A DNA stretch of 63,996 nucleotides, filler included, from Basidiobolus ranarum (taxonomy: Eukaryota), in NCBI GenBank assembly GCA_040143965.1. It is 3 parts of 3 records of this genome, joined end to end, with 100 filler letters (N's around TTAATTAATTAA, not from the genome) between each part and the next. Parts side by side here need not be neighbours in the genome. Positions count along the whole stretch, not along the records: positions 23,665 to 47,107 come from JASJQH010000165.1; positions 47,208 to 63,996 come from JASJQH010000330.1; 1 more part is not named here. The stretch is one strand, 5' to 3'. A program made the translations under genes and the position numbers. Position 1 is the first letter of the stretch; every line of letters begins with the position of its first letter. The notes beneath the pieces are model-generated. The model searched no databases. It had not been told where the DNA came from and was given only the letters and a program-made list of their open reading frames with translations. Of the stretch, positions 38,201 through 50,749 are shown in pieces.

Positions 38201-39261
38201 CCCTTGCCAACAGCACCCTCATCTCTAATCTCACCACCTGAACCTGTTGCGGCTCCGGGGAAAGGTGAGACAGCAGTAGGATGGTTATGAGTTTCAACTT
38301 TACAAACAAGATTCACCTCTTCTTCAACAGTACCATACTGATTTCCTGAGTAAGCAGCAAAACGATCAACTTTAGGCCCAGCAAGGACGGCAGCATTATC
38401 GGAATAAGCGGAAAGGACGTGTTCGGGATGCTGTTTATAAGTGTTACGGATCATACCAAATAGTGAATGGTCACGTTTTTCGCCATCAATTGTCCAATCT
38501 GCATTAAAGATTTTGTGTCGGCAATGCTCAGAATTTACTTGAGCAAACATAAAGAGCTCAACATCGGTGGGGTTACGAGATAACTCATCTCCAACAAAAG
38601 CCTCAACTAGATAGTTGATCTCATCAGCTGCCAAAGCAAGTCCGAGTTCAACATTGGCCTTTATTAGCTTCTCCTTAGCAGCGGCACTGCTGCGTTCCTC
38701 GCCAATAAGCTCAACGACTCTAAGAGGGCCAGGTTGACCTTGTTTGAAGATAGAAGATTCTTCCGGGATACTGTAACCAATAGTTTGAGTCATTCTGTCG
38801 TGGAGGAGGTCAGAAATACTAACAACATCATTTTTGGAGAGAGAAGGCCCTTCAAGAAGGTATGCAACACCACGTTCGACGCGCTTGACAATGGTCTCTA
38901 GGTTACACATGTGTGCAATGTTGGTAGCTTTGGAAGACCAAGGGGAGATAGTTCCAGGTCTTGGAAGGATAAGAAGCAAGTTACTTAAAGGTTCATTCGA
39001 GGATATAGCGTTAGCAAGTCTGACGTCTTGCTCAGTAGAGGTATGAGCTCTAGACCCGTAGAACAATAAGTTATCCAATATCTTTCTTTCACTACTATCA
39101 ACGTTATTCAACAACTCATAAGAAACTTGGTCAACGTTCTCAACGAAGTGGACAAAGCAAGAAGTAACAGAAGTTACTTGTGGAAGCTTTTCTTGAATTT
39201 GACGCAAGAGTACGGCACTCTTAAAGTCTGAGAGCGCAACAGTTCCTGGAAGCACCAACAT
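35206..39261 (-). CDS. ADE6: Phosphoribosylformylglycinamidine synthase (large PurL), intronless, 1351 aa
   Basis: [56 protein letters not shown] and MMPHPER. Confidence 0.99.
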   Translation of the reverse strand: MLVLPGTVALSDFKSAVLLRQIQEKLPQVTSVTSCFVHFVENVDQVSYELLNNVDSSERKILDNLLFYGSRAHTSTEQDVRLANAISSNEPLSNLLLILPRPGTISPWSSKATNIAHMCNLETIVKRVERGVAYLLEGPSLSKNDVVSISDLLHDRMTQTIGYSIPEESSIFKQGQPGPLRVVELIGEERSSAAAKEKLIKANVELGLALAADEINYLVEAFVGDELSRNPTDVELFMFAQVNSEHCRHKIFNADWTIDGEKRDHSLFGMIRNTYKQHPEHVLSAYSDNAAVLAGPKVDRFAAYSGNQYGTVEEEVNLVCKVETHNHPTAVSPFPGAATGSGGEIRDEGAVGKGSKPKCGLTGFSVSNLLIPDFVQPWEVDVGKPSHVASALDIMIQGPLGGAAFNNEFGRPNLTGYFRTYCEKVLCANGDEEIRGYHKPIMIAGGMGNVRPVHQLKTSIQPGAKLIVLGGPSMLIGLGGGAASSMTSGSSSAELDFASVQRDNPEMERRCQQVIDTCTSFGDQNPIESIHDVGAGGLSNALPEIVHDCDLGAVVQLRNILVDDPSMSPMEIWCNESQERYVLAVSLDKLSIFEEIAKRERCPFAVVGDVTEEKKFVLVDSLNGSTPIDLPMSILFGKAPKMSRTTETVKPPRAKFDTSLASYISVTSGIGAMLNDAATRVLNLPSVASKSFLITIGDRSITGLVTRDQFVGPWQVPVADVAVTSTSYDTITGEAMAMGERTPLALIDFVASAKMAVGETITNLVAANIDDIGKIRLSANWMSAAGHEGEGAGLYAAVEAIGLDLCPKLGISIPVGKDSMSMKMTWRENDKQTTVTSPLSLIITGFATVADVRKTLTPQLRTGLGRSTLVFIDLANGKQRIGGSALAQVYKQIGDEAPNVESPELLISFFKGMQAARNDEYKNLILAYHDRSDGGLFATVAEMCFAGHAGASIRLDSLGNDPVAILFNEELGGVVQILDEHVEEFVNIMKEAGFPTSNIHNIGTVNDNGSDRITFSHLNQVLLSADRVEYQRQWAETSYRMQALRDNSICAKQEYDGLLDVKDPGHSFDLTFNPDEDITTSLVKSLDYRPKVAILREQGVNGQIEMAYAFHKAGFTAVDVHMSDLLTGKVTLDDFKGIAACGGFSYGDVLGAGAGWSKSILLHSRARKEFENFFQNREDTFALGVCNGCQFFSNLREIIPGAQNWPYFVRNRSEQFEARVSMVEIVNNEKTKSVFFQGMEGSKFPIAVAHGEGHAEFVKSEDLNIIHEQQLVAVRYVDNYGKVTEEYPLNPNGSPLGVTGVTTPNGRVLAMMPHPERVIRKSTHSWYPLHDLESDDGPWLRMFRNVRCWVG

Positions 39262-41377
39262 TATAGTATTAGAGCTGTGATAGAGCTCGTAAGCTTAGTA
39301 AGAAAGTAATGGATTTGACAAGTGTAAAGTTTCCACCGACGTCAAACGCTATTCATAGTTTCTTGAAAACCCCTACCCCCTGTTGCCTAAATTTTTTTCG
39401 TGCCCTTCAACATTGCTTTTTTCGGAACCAACGCTTAATTTAGAAAATTGTCGTAGAACTGTCAGTCGATACAATAGAAACATCATAATTTGTTAAATGT
39501 AGTAATTATTTCAGGCGAGAAATACTTGATATTCCACTCCAAATCAGATGTTTTACAAATACCTTGAACAATGCTATAGCCCCAACGACAAAATACGTAT
39601 TACATTACAGATGCTATTGGCTGTTGCTTTGACTGAAAATTGTGGATAATGACTCTCTAAAAACCATTGGTAAAAGGCAGCCAATCTGTTGAAAGATAAG
39701 ATAACCTTATTAGGATAAAAGATTAGATCAAACGACGCGATATCATGCGATTCAATAAGATATACTATCTTATCAAGAGATCCAATCAGTCAAGCATGTA
39801 TTACGGAGAACTGTCAATGATTTGCGATAGAATGTTGGTGGGGAAACTCGATATTTTAAACATTCTGGTTATATTATCAGTGGGAAATTTGATTTGATTT
39901 GGATGGAGTTCTTCTAAACTGGTTTAGCATAAGCACAGCACAAGTGCCAATCTTGACAATTTAAACCCAGTTATAGACATTCTTGGCTTACTTCAACACC
40001 GAGTGTACTCCAATAATCATAAATACTAGTAAATAGTATAAGCTCTTGAGTTCGGAGATCCTTATATAGGGAATATGGGCACAGCAAGATAGTTGTTTCA
40101 AACTAATCTATCGAAATTATCTAAACCCAGAGATGAGGTAAATCGTGAGATCATATTAGAGGCAAGAACAACCAGAAGAACAACCAGACCTTATATAGAC
40201 AACACTTCTAAATGTCAAGTATAGTTCCATGTTGGGAGCCATGGAGGTCATTTTCTTATTGGCAAAATGATATAGTAAGGAAACCCTCAGTGTGCAATCA
40301 TAAGAAAAGTACTGAACTCTGTTTAATGTATGAGTTTATTGAAAATCAACTATTTTATGTGCTAGCAAGTGGGATTTTTTTGAATAGAAACAAAGTCTAG
40401 CAAATGGTGGCAAAACATCAGCCAGTATCTCCTAACACTTGATCAATTACAGGTGAGGTGTTTCAGCAAGAGTGGTAACAAGGTGTTGTATCTCCTTTAT
40501 ACTTCTGGGTCATGCATGACTTAGGTATTGTTCATACTTTCAATCATAAACCTAACACGAACGGTGCATATTGATTGACTGAAATCAACTTATACCAGGT
40601 TAGCAAGCAAGTTAGTACACTTTCATGTGTCACTATGTGGAAACGAAATTTTTCATTGTTTACTCTTCAAGCACTTCCGGTTTAGTGAGGAGTTTATTGA
40701 TGTTTATTAAAAAAATCTAAAAGAAAAATAAAAACTTCAAGCATGAATTATAGTAGAATCATGTGACAAATCGGATCATACGTAAATGGGTTTTTTTCTT
40801 TCATACTGTCATTGAGAGTAAATATATATTCTTCCATTTACGCTCGTACACATTCAAGCCTATTTCTTATTTTTTTTACTCGGCTGAACACTTGCATCCT
40901 TCTCACTTGACCACTTACAAAACCCTCAAGTGTTTTTTATATACTAGAAACAGCAAGACTATTGAAATATCACTTTTGGTAGGTTATTACGCTGCGAAAT
41001 TTACTATTTTATAATCTTTGGTCAAACTTGAAATGAGTTATTGAGTGCTAGAGTATAAAAAACCAAGGTTTTCTTGATGCATGTTTCAAGCAAAGCTCGT
41101 AGTTATAAAGCTTTGACTCTAGACAGTGTTCTGGGTTGGTAGGAGTGTATGGCCTCTAACTCGTCGATTTTCAATTGAAATCGAAAATTATGGAAATAGA
41201 AAGTCAACTATAAATACAACTTGAATGCTCATTGTTTATGTTTTATTCTAACTCCATAGCGTACTCAAAATATTCTAAAATTTATTTTCTAATATTTTGT
41301 CATTATTTCTTGTTATAGGAAAATCATTTCCAACGAAAATTTTGTTCGCAACAATAAATCAACTAGATCGCAATAGC

Positions 41378-44300
41378 ATGGAGCAAATCGAGCAGGCTGT
41401 TGCCTGTGCCCTAAGCCCTAACGCCGAGGCTTCTCTTAAATCTCAGGTTAGACATCCGCTCAGATTGCGTCTTTATTTTCACTCCTTTATTCTCACACTA
41501 CATTCGATTTCAGGCCACTCAATACTGTGAACAAATAAAAGCTTCTCCTGAGGGCTGGCAATTGTGCTTATCTTTATTTGTCCGAGAACCCAAAAGGTAG
41601 AATGGTTTCATTATTCACTGAAGTAAATTTACTAACTTCTAATTCAGCTCGTCCGAAGCTCGTCTTTTCTCGCTTCAAGTCGTTGAAGATGTTCTACAAA
41701 ATAGGTACTATTTGAAGAGTTTATGTTGACTTTGTTTTTAAGATTTATACTGATGAAAATGCAGATTTAATACCTTAGACGCATCTCACGCTTTATACAT
41801 TCGTCAAACATTCATGGAATTCATCAATCGAGAGTATGTAGTGAAGAGTGACAATGGAGGCGTTGATGCTGAGCCAGCTTGTATGTTTATTTCGAGACTT
41901 ATCATATGTATGGACTTTCTAACGATAATATCTTTATTTTATAGTTTTGAGGAATAAATTGGCTCATGCCGTTACTCTTTTGTTCATCAATTTGTATCCC
42001 ACCACCTGGCCTACATTTTTCTCTGATTTCATCCTACTTCTTACTTCTAATTCTGTGGATTCTAACAAAAGAACCAACCCTAAAGTGGTCGATTTCTTTT
42101 TGAGAGTATTAATGGCTATCGATGAGGAAGTTGTCAACGTCACTGTTCCCAGAACAAAGGAGGAAGCAAGCCGAAATTCTTTAATCAAAGATGCTATGCG
42201 CGAGGGTGATGTTCAGAAGATTACTTCTGTTTGGTACGAATTGCTTACTGAGTATGCAGCGGGTGAACCAGAGATCGCTGTTTTGGTTTTGAAGTTGATG
42301 GGTGCCTATGTTTCCTGGGTAGATATCAATTTGATTGTAACCGAGCCTTTGATCAATTTACTGTATCAGTTTCTGAATCAAGAGAGTTTGCGTACTCCGG
42401 CTGTCGAGTGTCTGGTAGAGATCATTGGTAAAGGAATGCGACCTCTGGAGAAACTAAGCATGCTCCAGGTGTTGAATGTTGGTGATGTTTTAGGCCGCAT
42501 GGATACCAGTGACTCTGACTTTGCCGAGCATGTTGCTAAACTTACTAATGCTCTTGGTGTCGAGCTCCTATTTATATGGAAGCAAACAGAGAGCCAGCCC
42601 GATGCGAGGGCTAGCTCTTACACTCATATTGAGAAACTTTTGCCGTATATGTTGAAGTTCTTGGGTGACGAGTATGACGAAACCTCCTCGGCCGTTTTCC
42701 CTTTCGTTTCGGAGTTGCTTCTTATGTTTAAGCGCCAAAAGAAAATCACAAATGGATTAAACTCCACTCAGAGAGAGCTTCTGGCCTCACTTATTCAAGT
42801 GGTCGTTTTTAAAATGAAGTACGATCCTGATACTGAGTGGGATGATGAAGAAGAAGACGATGAAGAGATCTTGTTCAGTGAATTGCGAAAGAACCTCAAA
42901 TTGTTTTTTGATAGCATTGCTGCCATTGATCAAGAGCTATTCAATAACTATGTGCAGTCTTTCATTGTCTCTACATTCGAAACAATACAGAATGGTGGAT
43001 CAACTCACTGGACTGATGCTGAACTTGCCCTTCATCTGGCTTATCTCTATGGAGAGGCTACTCGTGGTCCAATGACCTTTGTCACACAGCAAGAGAATGG
43101 CGGTGTTTTGACTCCATTGGGTGAAATTGTTGCGAAGATGGTAAAGAGCAATGTTTCGGCTTATCCTCACCCTTCAATTCCCCTCCCCTTCTTTGAAAAT
43201 ATTGTTCGCTATTCACAATTTTTCGAAGTACGTAGCGATTTCTTGCCCGAAGTACTCGGCCCCTTTTTGGATAACCGTGGCCTCCATAATCCTAGAAAGA
43301 TTACTCGTAGCCGCTCCTGGTACTTGTTCTATCGGTTTGTTAAACTCCTCAAAGTTCATATGAGCCCTTTCGTAGATGGCATGTTGAACGGCCTCATGGA
43401 TTTATTGGCTATTCAAGTAGACATTTCTGATAATGCTTCGGGTTCTTCTAACTCGACTAGCAGCTTCGATAGCCAACTTTATTTGTTCGAAACCGTTGGT
43501 TTACTCATATCCGCTGATGGTGTTGATGCAAGCAAGCAAGTTGAATACCTTCAATTTGTATTCAATCCTATTGTGGCTACCATTCGGGAGTGTACTAACA
43601 AAGCCCTCCAAGCACCTGATGATCCTCTTATTCCTATCCATCTTCATCATCTGGTCATGGCTATTGGAAGTGTTAGTAAAGGATTCCCTGAAGCTAAAGA
43701 AGGCGTTGCTCCCATTGCTCAAGTCTTCAAGCAAGCAACTGAATGCATTCTGGTGTTGTTGGAGAACATGAACAAATACGAAGTTGTCCGTGAAAGTGTT
43801 AGTATTTTTTTTAGCATACATAAAGCTTTCCTTACTAATATATGTATCTTCAGGCCCGTTTTGCTTTTGCCCGACTGTTGAATTGCCTTGGATCAGAGAT
43901 TCTGCCTTATATATTACCTTTGATTAACAACATGATTACCGAATGTCAAGTTACGGAGTTGGTTGACTTTCTTCCGTTCATGGGACTTGTTGTTCACAAA
44001 TTCAAACCCTCAATCATGAATGCCTTAAATGATTTGCTCTTGCCATTACTTAACAAAGTGTTTACTTTTTTGAACCAAACTGCCACTGGTACCGATGAAG
44101 CTGTCTTGTTGTTTGATCTCCGCAAATCTTATCTCAATTTCATTGTGTCTATCCTCAATGCTGAGATGGACGACGTTTTTATCACTGAAAGTAAGTGAAT
44201 TTCTTGGTTCTTGATTCTCAGCAGGCTCTAATCTGGTATTTGTGGATAGAAAATGCTCCTCACTTGAACACTCTGTTGCAAAGTATTCTCTACTACGCCT

Positions 44301-44900
44301 TGGATGGTGAAGATATTCCGGTTAGTACTATTATTATGGTACTACATCAAACGAGCAGCTAAATAGTTAACTCTAATTTAATTAAGACTCAAAAAATTGC
44401 CATTGGAATTCTTCACAAGTTTGTCAATATTTGGGGAGGGTCCAATACCAACGGTGCCAACACCAAATCGCTTGCCGGATTTGAGCAATTCATCTACGAA
44501 CATATTGTTAGAGTTTGCTTCGAAGTACCTGCTAAGAGATCGTTCGATTTCGGCGACGGACAAGCTGTATTGGTCAGTATTCTACGGGTTGGATTTGCAA
44601 TTCCCGGTTAACTCACATATTCTTTTCATAGGTGTTTGGCGAGTTGTCGAGCTTGCAAAAGTCGATTCTTCTGAAGCAAGGACCAGAATTCCTCAACTTT
44701 ATGCGTGGTGTCTACCTTCCATCTGTCAACTGTCCGCCATCCATGATTGAGGTAGAGCATCAATTCTATTAAAAATAGCGCAAATTCATCTTCACACAAC
44801 TAAATAATGCATCATCTAGGAATACTGTCAAGCCATTCAACAGTTGGAGCTAAAACAATTCAAAAAATACTTCCAAAATTTCATTCGAAACTCTACATAG
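41378..44900 (+). CDS. LOS1: Exportin-T (tRNA export karyopherin), multi-exon
   Basis: Importin-beta-like helical protein: FLRNKLA...YPTTWPTFF, IKDAMRE.DV, YVSWVDINLI, FFENIVRY..FF, RGLHN, RSWYLFYRFVK, QLYLFETVG. Splices to TAG at 44898-44900. Confidence 0.88.
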
Positions 44901-45898
44901 ACGGAAAGAACCCCACCAAGCATTCAAAACTCTTTTCCTGTTCATTTAATGTTTTTCTTCTCTTCTCCCATCCTCCACTATCCCATTTTATGTTTTTTTT
45001 CTTTATCACCAACTTTCCAAGTCGGTAGATGCATCTCTAAGCAATGTATGCATACTACGGCACGGCCAGGTTCGCTTATCCTTTACTGTTTATTTTTGCT
45101 TGAATATATACTACAAAAAACTTCTACGCCTGTCACCCACATCCCCATTTAAAACCATCCACGCGTCACTAAATTGTCTTTCGATTCCTCGTTCGTTTCT
45201 TTGTCACAACGTCCACCAGCTTCACGCATTCTCTAAACCTTCTTTCCCTAATATATTCTGGAAACAAAGTTGCTCTTGGTATGCATCATTTATGATTGTC
45301 AAGTTTCGTGACATATATTCTATATTACATATCGGCAATTTATATCACAACGGTTGGTGTTCATCAATATTTGACACTACACTAATTCTCGTTACCAATG
45401 CTCGAAGGGAGGGTTACTTTAAATCAGTCCACAAATCACCTCCATCTAAGATCTTAAATAGGCTTAAATCGATTCATGTTCAGGGTTAAGAAATGCGTGT
45501 CCCAACGTGACGGTAACTAGAACACAGTGAGTGTGCTATGTTTAGAAAATGTACACATGGACCAGATCCATTTAGTCGGGCCAGGCTCAATTGTAGCTCC
45601 GAGGTCCAGATTAACCAGGATAAGCAGCCAGCATAGAGCCCTATGAAATAGTTGACAATTGGAGTTACTGGGTATTTGGATGATTTGATAGGCCAGACCC
45701 ATAGCATGGAGTTCCAAGATTTCTAGGTATGATTGTAATCTTATGATATAGCCTTAAACTTCGTTTTTTTTCAAGGTTGGTTGGGGAATTTGTTTCATAG
45801 AATGGACTCGAAAATTTTGGTTTTCTTTTTAAGTAGCGATTTTTCGTAGTGTTATCACTTTCACCTCTCTCTTTTATTTGCAGTAAGAACTTAACAAA

Positions 45899-46326
45899 AT
45901 GGGAAACGTTAGTATTTTGGAACTTTAAAGTATGCATCCACTTGAAATTTACTCCAACTTTCATATTTAGGGACAAAAAGCTCAACAAAAGCGTGAAAGA
46001 AACGCCAAATTGGACAAGAAGAATGCCAACACTAGTCAACTTAAGGCTGTAAGTGAAAGTCTCTTATTACATCTTGAAAAAGCCCCATATTTACGAGTCT
46101 TTTAATCACAAAGAACGCTGCTGCCAAAAGTGTCATTTGCCAAACCTGCAGACAAACTTTCCTCTGTACTATTAGAGAGAAGGCGTAAGTATTTTTTTAT
46201 TTTGAAGGACTTATATGTCTTCATACTCACCTCGTTCACGTCTTTAGTCTTGCCGAACATGCTGAGAATAAGCATAGCAAAACTACTGCTGATTGCTTCC
46301 CCGGCTTCGTTGAATTGTCCAAATAA
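45899..46326 (+). CDS. ZNF706/At2g23090-like small zinc-finger protein, 78 aa, 4 exons (45899-45907, 45971-46048, 46114-46184, 46248-46326)
   Basis: Spliced product is MGNGQKAQQKRERNAKLDKKNANTSQLKANAAAKSVICQTCRQTFLCTIREKALAEHAENKHSKTTADCFPGFVELSK. All three introns are GT-AG and preserve frame. Confidence 0.92.
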
Positions 46327-46537
46327 ATCCAAGCTGTATTTGATTCATGACTTATAGTATTATATTACTGAGATCATCAATCTGATTAACAGTTCCCTAG
46401 AGATATCTAAGGAGTTCTATTCAGCTTCTGATTATTTAATAAACTTGTACATTTAACAGCTATTTTTGTTGATTGCATTTATTTATGATCCATGATTGTA
46501 ACGAATGCATATGCTTGATTATTGTATCTTGGAATCA

Positions 46538-47107
46538 TTACATGAGTAATGGGCATTGATATATGTCCGACAAGTCGTCTTCATCTAATTGTTCTGAGTA
46601 TTTGAGTGAAGTGAGAGCATCATCAACATACTCCGGTCTACGCATACCAACAAGAACTGAACCCATCAAAGGATGTGCAGTGGTGATACTCAAAGCCTTC
46701 ACACTTAATGGAGAGTGTACGGAGGTTGATGAATCCGACTTTTCCAGAGAGTTTAGCTTGGGACAGATGGCCGATAAGACTGAGCTTAAATCATCGTTTT
46801 TACGTTGGGTATCAAGAGAGGAAAATTGAATCAAGTGAGTGATGGCAGAATTGGCAACCTAATGAATGTAGGGTTAGGGTTTGGGTTTGGGTTCGGGTTG
46901 GAGTAAGGGTTGGAATGGGTCTAGGATTAGATTTCTAACCTTTGTATATTCACTGGCCCAATTTTGGATTGCTGCTGAACGAATTTCTTGGTCATCATAA
47001 TCACCAACTGAGTAAGTTTGGATCAAAAAATCCAGGTCCTTTTGAATGGCGGGTTTTACTTGATTTAGAAGGTAGTGCTTGGTTGCGAAGGAGTTACGAG
47101 ATAGTCG
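46538..47107 (-). CDS. Aldo/keto-reductase-like protein, C-terminal fragment truncated by the gap; intron 46859-46939
   Basis: LSVKAL...HP...SVLVGMRRPEYVDDAL resembles an AKR C-terminal NADPH-binding region. The upstream exon is open as far as the gap. Confidence 0.62.
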
Positions 47108-47207
47108 NNNNNNNNNNNNNNNNNNNNNNNNNNNNNNNNNNNNNNNNNNNNTTAATTAATTAANNNNNNNNNNNNNNNNNNNNNNNNNNNNNNNNNNNNN
47201 NNNNNNN
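47108..47207. other. Scaffold gap with artificial TTAATTAATTAA linker (47152-47163)
   Basis: N runs flank the same 12-nt linker as the first gap. Confidence 0.97.
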
Positions 47208-47517
47208 CGATGAATTCAGGACCATATCCAATACAGAGATATTCTAAGCCTTTGCAATGTTCAAGGATAATTGACAAGTCGTCATCTGTGAAGACAACTG
47301 GCTCTTCTACTTCCTCGGGCTCCTCGTTATCTTCATTGGCCAATTGTTCCTCTAATGGCTTCTTAAGGAATAAAGGACTCAAGTCAAGACCTTTAACAGT
47401 GGCAGCGAAACCATCAACTTGGATTTCCTCGATGAACTTGGCCAAAAGCTCCTCAGTCACAATACGAAGATATGCGCCAGAGTCGGCATTAGTATAATCA
47501 GACCAAGTAATAGACAT
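47208..47517 (-). CDS. N-terminal fragment of an acidic, possibly RNI-like leucine-rich-repeat protein, truncated by the gap
   Basis: Open from the ATG at 47517 to the gap. VKGLDLS and FTDDDLSIILEHCKGLEYLCI look like LRR units. Confidence 0.55.
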
Positions 47518-47822
47518 GATGAGTAGTAACGAATAAATTGACGTGAAGCATTTCGGAAATATATATACATGTATTTACGAGTAAAAAAATTCTTCTAATT
47601 ACATTGCGATTTGCTCGTTGGCTGATTTGTTTTCCAATTGAAAAAATATCATTTGTTCAAGTTTGTTGATTCCTGATCATTGAGTTGTCAAATGGTGTAC
47701 ATAAACATAACATTATCAAGCTTTTTATTACTCATTTAATAGACTGTGACTTTATAGCTCAGTTTGATGGCATCTGAACTTAACTATATTATATGCATAA
47801 AATCAAGCGCTGGGTGTGCACT

Positions 47823-49370
47823 CTATCGGTTGAGCTCATCAACTCGGTTACGATGAATCGTAAAGGAAGGAGTAACCCACGCGCCACAAGAGCACTGAGC
47901 ACCTGTGTCAAGAAAAGAGATGAGCAACCGAACACCAGATATCTCCGTATAATCGAAACATCACTTACCTGCCCAACAATAATTTCCAAGTTTGGCATCG
48001 CATTTGGGACACAAAATCTTCCCTTCCAAACAACCGGACTCAAGTCCAGCTATCCACTCCATGGGCTCGATAAAATAAGAGGAACAAACTGAATGGCCAT
48101 GGCCTGGATCAGCTCCAATGACCTAGGTATCATGTTAGCTCAAATGGGAGTACAAAGATGACTACTTTGTGATATGAACCTGGGAAAAGTGAACCTCGGA
48201 GTCACGTTTGTGATAGGAGAAAGCGGTTTGACCTTTGCCAGAAATATGTTCAACAATATTATCCTGGGACACAAGATTTCTCCTATAAAGTCAATTGCTG
48301 AGTAAGCAAAGAATTGCTCAGATAGATCGTTTTGGATTTGTATTTACCGGCATCTCTTGCACCTCAATTGCTTGAGCTTCGATGCTCCAACAACGGGTGC
48401 AGCATTTTTGGCTTTTTCAGGATCAGCTCCAAGGGTCATATCCTCGACGTATCTCATCACTAATCATAGTAAAAAGAAGCTCAGCATACCATCATGAAAT
48501 ATAGCGAGATATTCTGTATACTTACTTCCCATTTGCTCCGCCTCGCTTGCCATCAGAAAACGACGATATGAGGAGTTTTTAACATCCACCAAAAAATCAA
48601 TCTCTTTGTACAAACCAAGCTGATCAAAGAAACCGTGGTTTGGGCTAACAAAACCAAAGTTTAGAATTAAAAAAGTATCTTAGACCAAGTAGGTGAGCGT
48701 GTACAAACTTTGCCATGAATCGAACTGCTTTGATCTGCTTGAGTGCCTCCAGAGGCTCCAAATTAAAGGTTTTCATTAGATAAGCACAGACAACTGTTAC
48801 GCTTCTAGACACTCCAGCGACACTAAAACACAGATATAAGATTTTACTAGGTGAGATGGTAACAAGAATAAATCCGAAAATGGTTTGCATGAGCCCACAG
48901 TTGTAGTGTGTTCTTCGCCATAAACGTACCAATGAACCAAGATTTTACCGCCTTGGTCTAAACAATCCTGAATGAATTGGTTGGTTTCAGGAAAGTATTT
49001 AATAATGTTGCTTTCCGCCATATCCTCTATGCTGATAACTTTGTATGTAAAGTTCTATAGAAAATTCCGAATAAAGACATGTCAGTTAGCTTGCTAGCTT
49101 ATGAATAAAGTTAAATTGAGTTGTACTATGAACATACATCTGGGAATGCAGGCGACATAAAATCTGCTGTTTGTAATACATGAGTAATACCGGCAGTCTG
49201 AAGGAGTTCTAAATTCTCAGCAGCTTGAGCGCTTTTTATCATAGTAAGTTGTCTTGGTAAGCACGAAAGAAAACAGTAAATGGAGTAGACGAAAAATAAG
49301 ACGCGTACTTTCCAACGAATAACCCGGGAATTACTTCCTGCATATCTTGTAGTTGTTGTGAAGCATTCAT
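47823..49370 (-). CDS. YVH1: Dual-specificity phosphatase with C-terminal zinc-binding domain (Yvh1/DUSP12), multi-exon
   Basis: Spliced ILVHCVAGVSRSVTVVCAYLM active site. C-terminal CSSYFIEPMEW...GKILCPKCDAKLGNYCWAGAQCSCGAWVTP. Confidence 0.93.
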
Positions 49371-49872
49371 TATTAGTCTAGAGTCTGTTAACAGAGGTAT
49401 TATTGAATTCTTTAATTATAGTAAAAACCACCCATTTTTTTGGTTTTCTTTTTTTTTGTTTCCGCCTCTTTACATGTCTGTTTAATAGAAATTGCCGAGT
49501 AGATTTGGTTAACTCAAAATTGACTGTCCACAAATCGGAGATATATTCTAGAATATACCATTCTAATATATATAATGCTAAATTCCATGCGTAGTATAAT
49601 CGACAGGGACAATAGTGTGGTATGGTTGACGATTCAGTGACAGGGGTAACGTCAATGATGATGATGGAAAGGTGTTGCTTACGGAAGGTGCTCTACGAAA
49701 TAGAAAAAAAACAGTTGCATAAGCGAGTTTCTACACGAAAGAAACACCAAGAACTGTTCGTATATCCTCACAAAACTACAAACGTATAGTTTCATACTCT
49801 CCCTGAAAAGCTCTAGTTTCAACTTGAAAGTTAACATACCCATACAACACAGAATAATCCAAGTTTAATAGT

Positions 49873-50530
49873 ATGGAGTGTCTCTTTGGTTTCGTTGGTA
49901 AAGATTTCGTTGTCACTGTAAGTGATAATTCTGCTGCTCGTTCTATCACTGTTATGAAAACGGATGAGGTCAAAAGTAGAGAGTTGAACAAACATACTCT
50001 TATGCTCTATAGTGGTGAACCAGGTGATACAGTTCAATTTGCTGAATTTATTCAATGTAACGTTCAACTCTATGGCATCAGAAATGGAGTTGAGCTTTCA
50101 CCAGTTTCTGCCGCTAGATATACCAGACGTGAGCTTGCTAATTCTTTGAGAAGCAAAGTAAGTTGTCGCTAGCTTTTTAAATCCACTTTGACTACTTTTT
50201 ATGCTAATATTTTCACCTTCAAAATAGCATCCTTACCAAGTTAATCTACTTATTGGTGGATGCAATGAGAAAGAGGGACCTTCTCTTCATTGGATCGATT
50301 ACCTTGGTGCTTATACCTCAGTTCCATTTGCCTCCCATGGTTATGGTGCTTTCTATCTTATGTCACTTTTCGATCGTTTCCACCGACCTGACATCAATAC
50401 TGAGGAAGCCAAGGTTCTTGTTCAAAAATGTATAGAGGAACTCAAGCGTAGATTTATCGTCAATCTTCCCAACTTCAGTATTAAGATAATTGATCGTGAA
50501 GGTATTCGTGACCTTGATGTTGTTTACTAA
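49873..50530 (+). CDS. PRE1: 20S proteasome subunit beta-4; intron 50158-50227
   Basis: AARSITVMK, SGEPGDTVQFAEFIQCNVQLY, RRELANSLRS, PYQVNLLIGG, HGYG and ELKRRF. Confidence 0.96.
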
Positions 50531-50749
50531 GACATTACACAACTACCCCTTACCTCTCCTCTTAACCATTAAATTTACCAAAGGTGCTTTCTCTGTTTAT
50601 TTTTTTATGTCATGCTCACTTTTCTGAATTTATCTAAGTGTACGAACTCTAATTAAAAGTCGGCATACTTTTTATTGGGAAATTGCCTTTACCTCTGAAA
50701 ATGACTGCGTTGATTTTCAATGGATGATGGTAAAAGAAAACCAAGTTTA

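Noticed and set aside
35452..39046. Several 70-106 aa ORFs within or antisense to ADE6
   Set aside because: No recognisable motifs; expected by-products of a long codon-biased gene.
35206..39261. Intronless 4-kb ADE6 as a possible bacterial horizontal transfer
   Set aside because: Fungal Ade6 is normally the large single-chain PurL type, and codon style matches neighbouring genes; only a phylogeny could suggest otherwise.
39650..39655. TGACTC (Bas1/Gcn4-type site) about 390 bp upstream of ADE6
   Set aside because: A lone hexamer is expected by chance, and conservation cannot be checked here.
40406..40414. GGTGGCAAA, an exact Rpn4 PACE motif
   Set aside because: About 1 kb from both LOS1 and ADE6 and not in the PRE1 promoter; a single hit could be chance.
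45665..46357. ORFs 45665-46039(-), 45849-46052(+), 46102-46332(-) and 46130-46357(+)
   Set aside because: Explained by the spliced ZNF706-like gene on the + strand.
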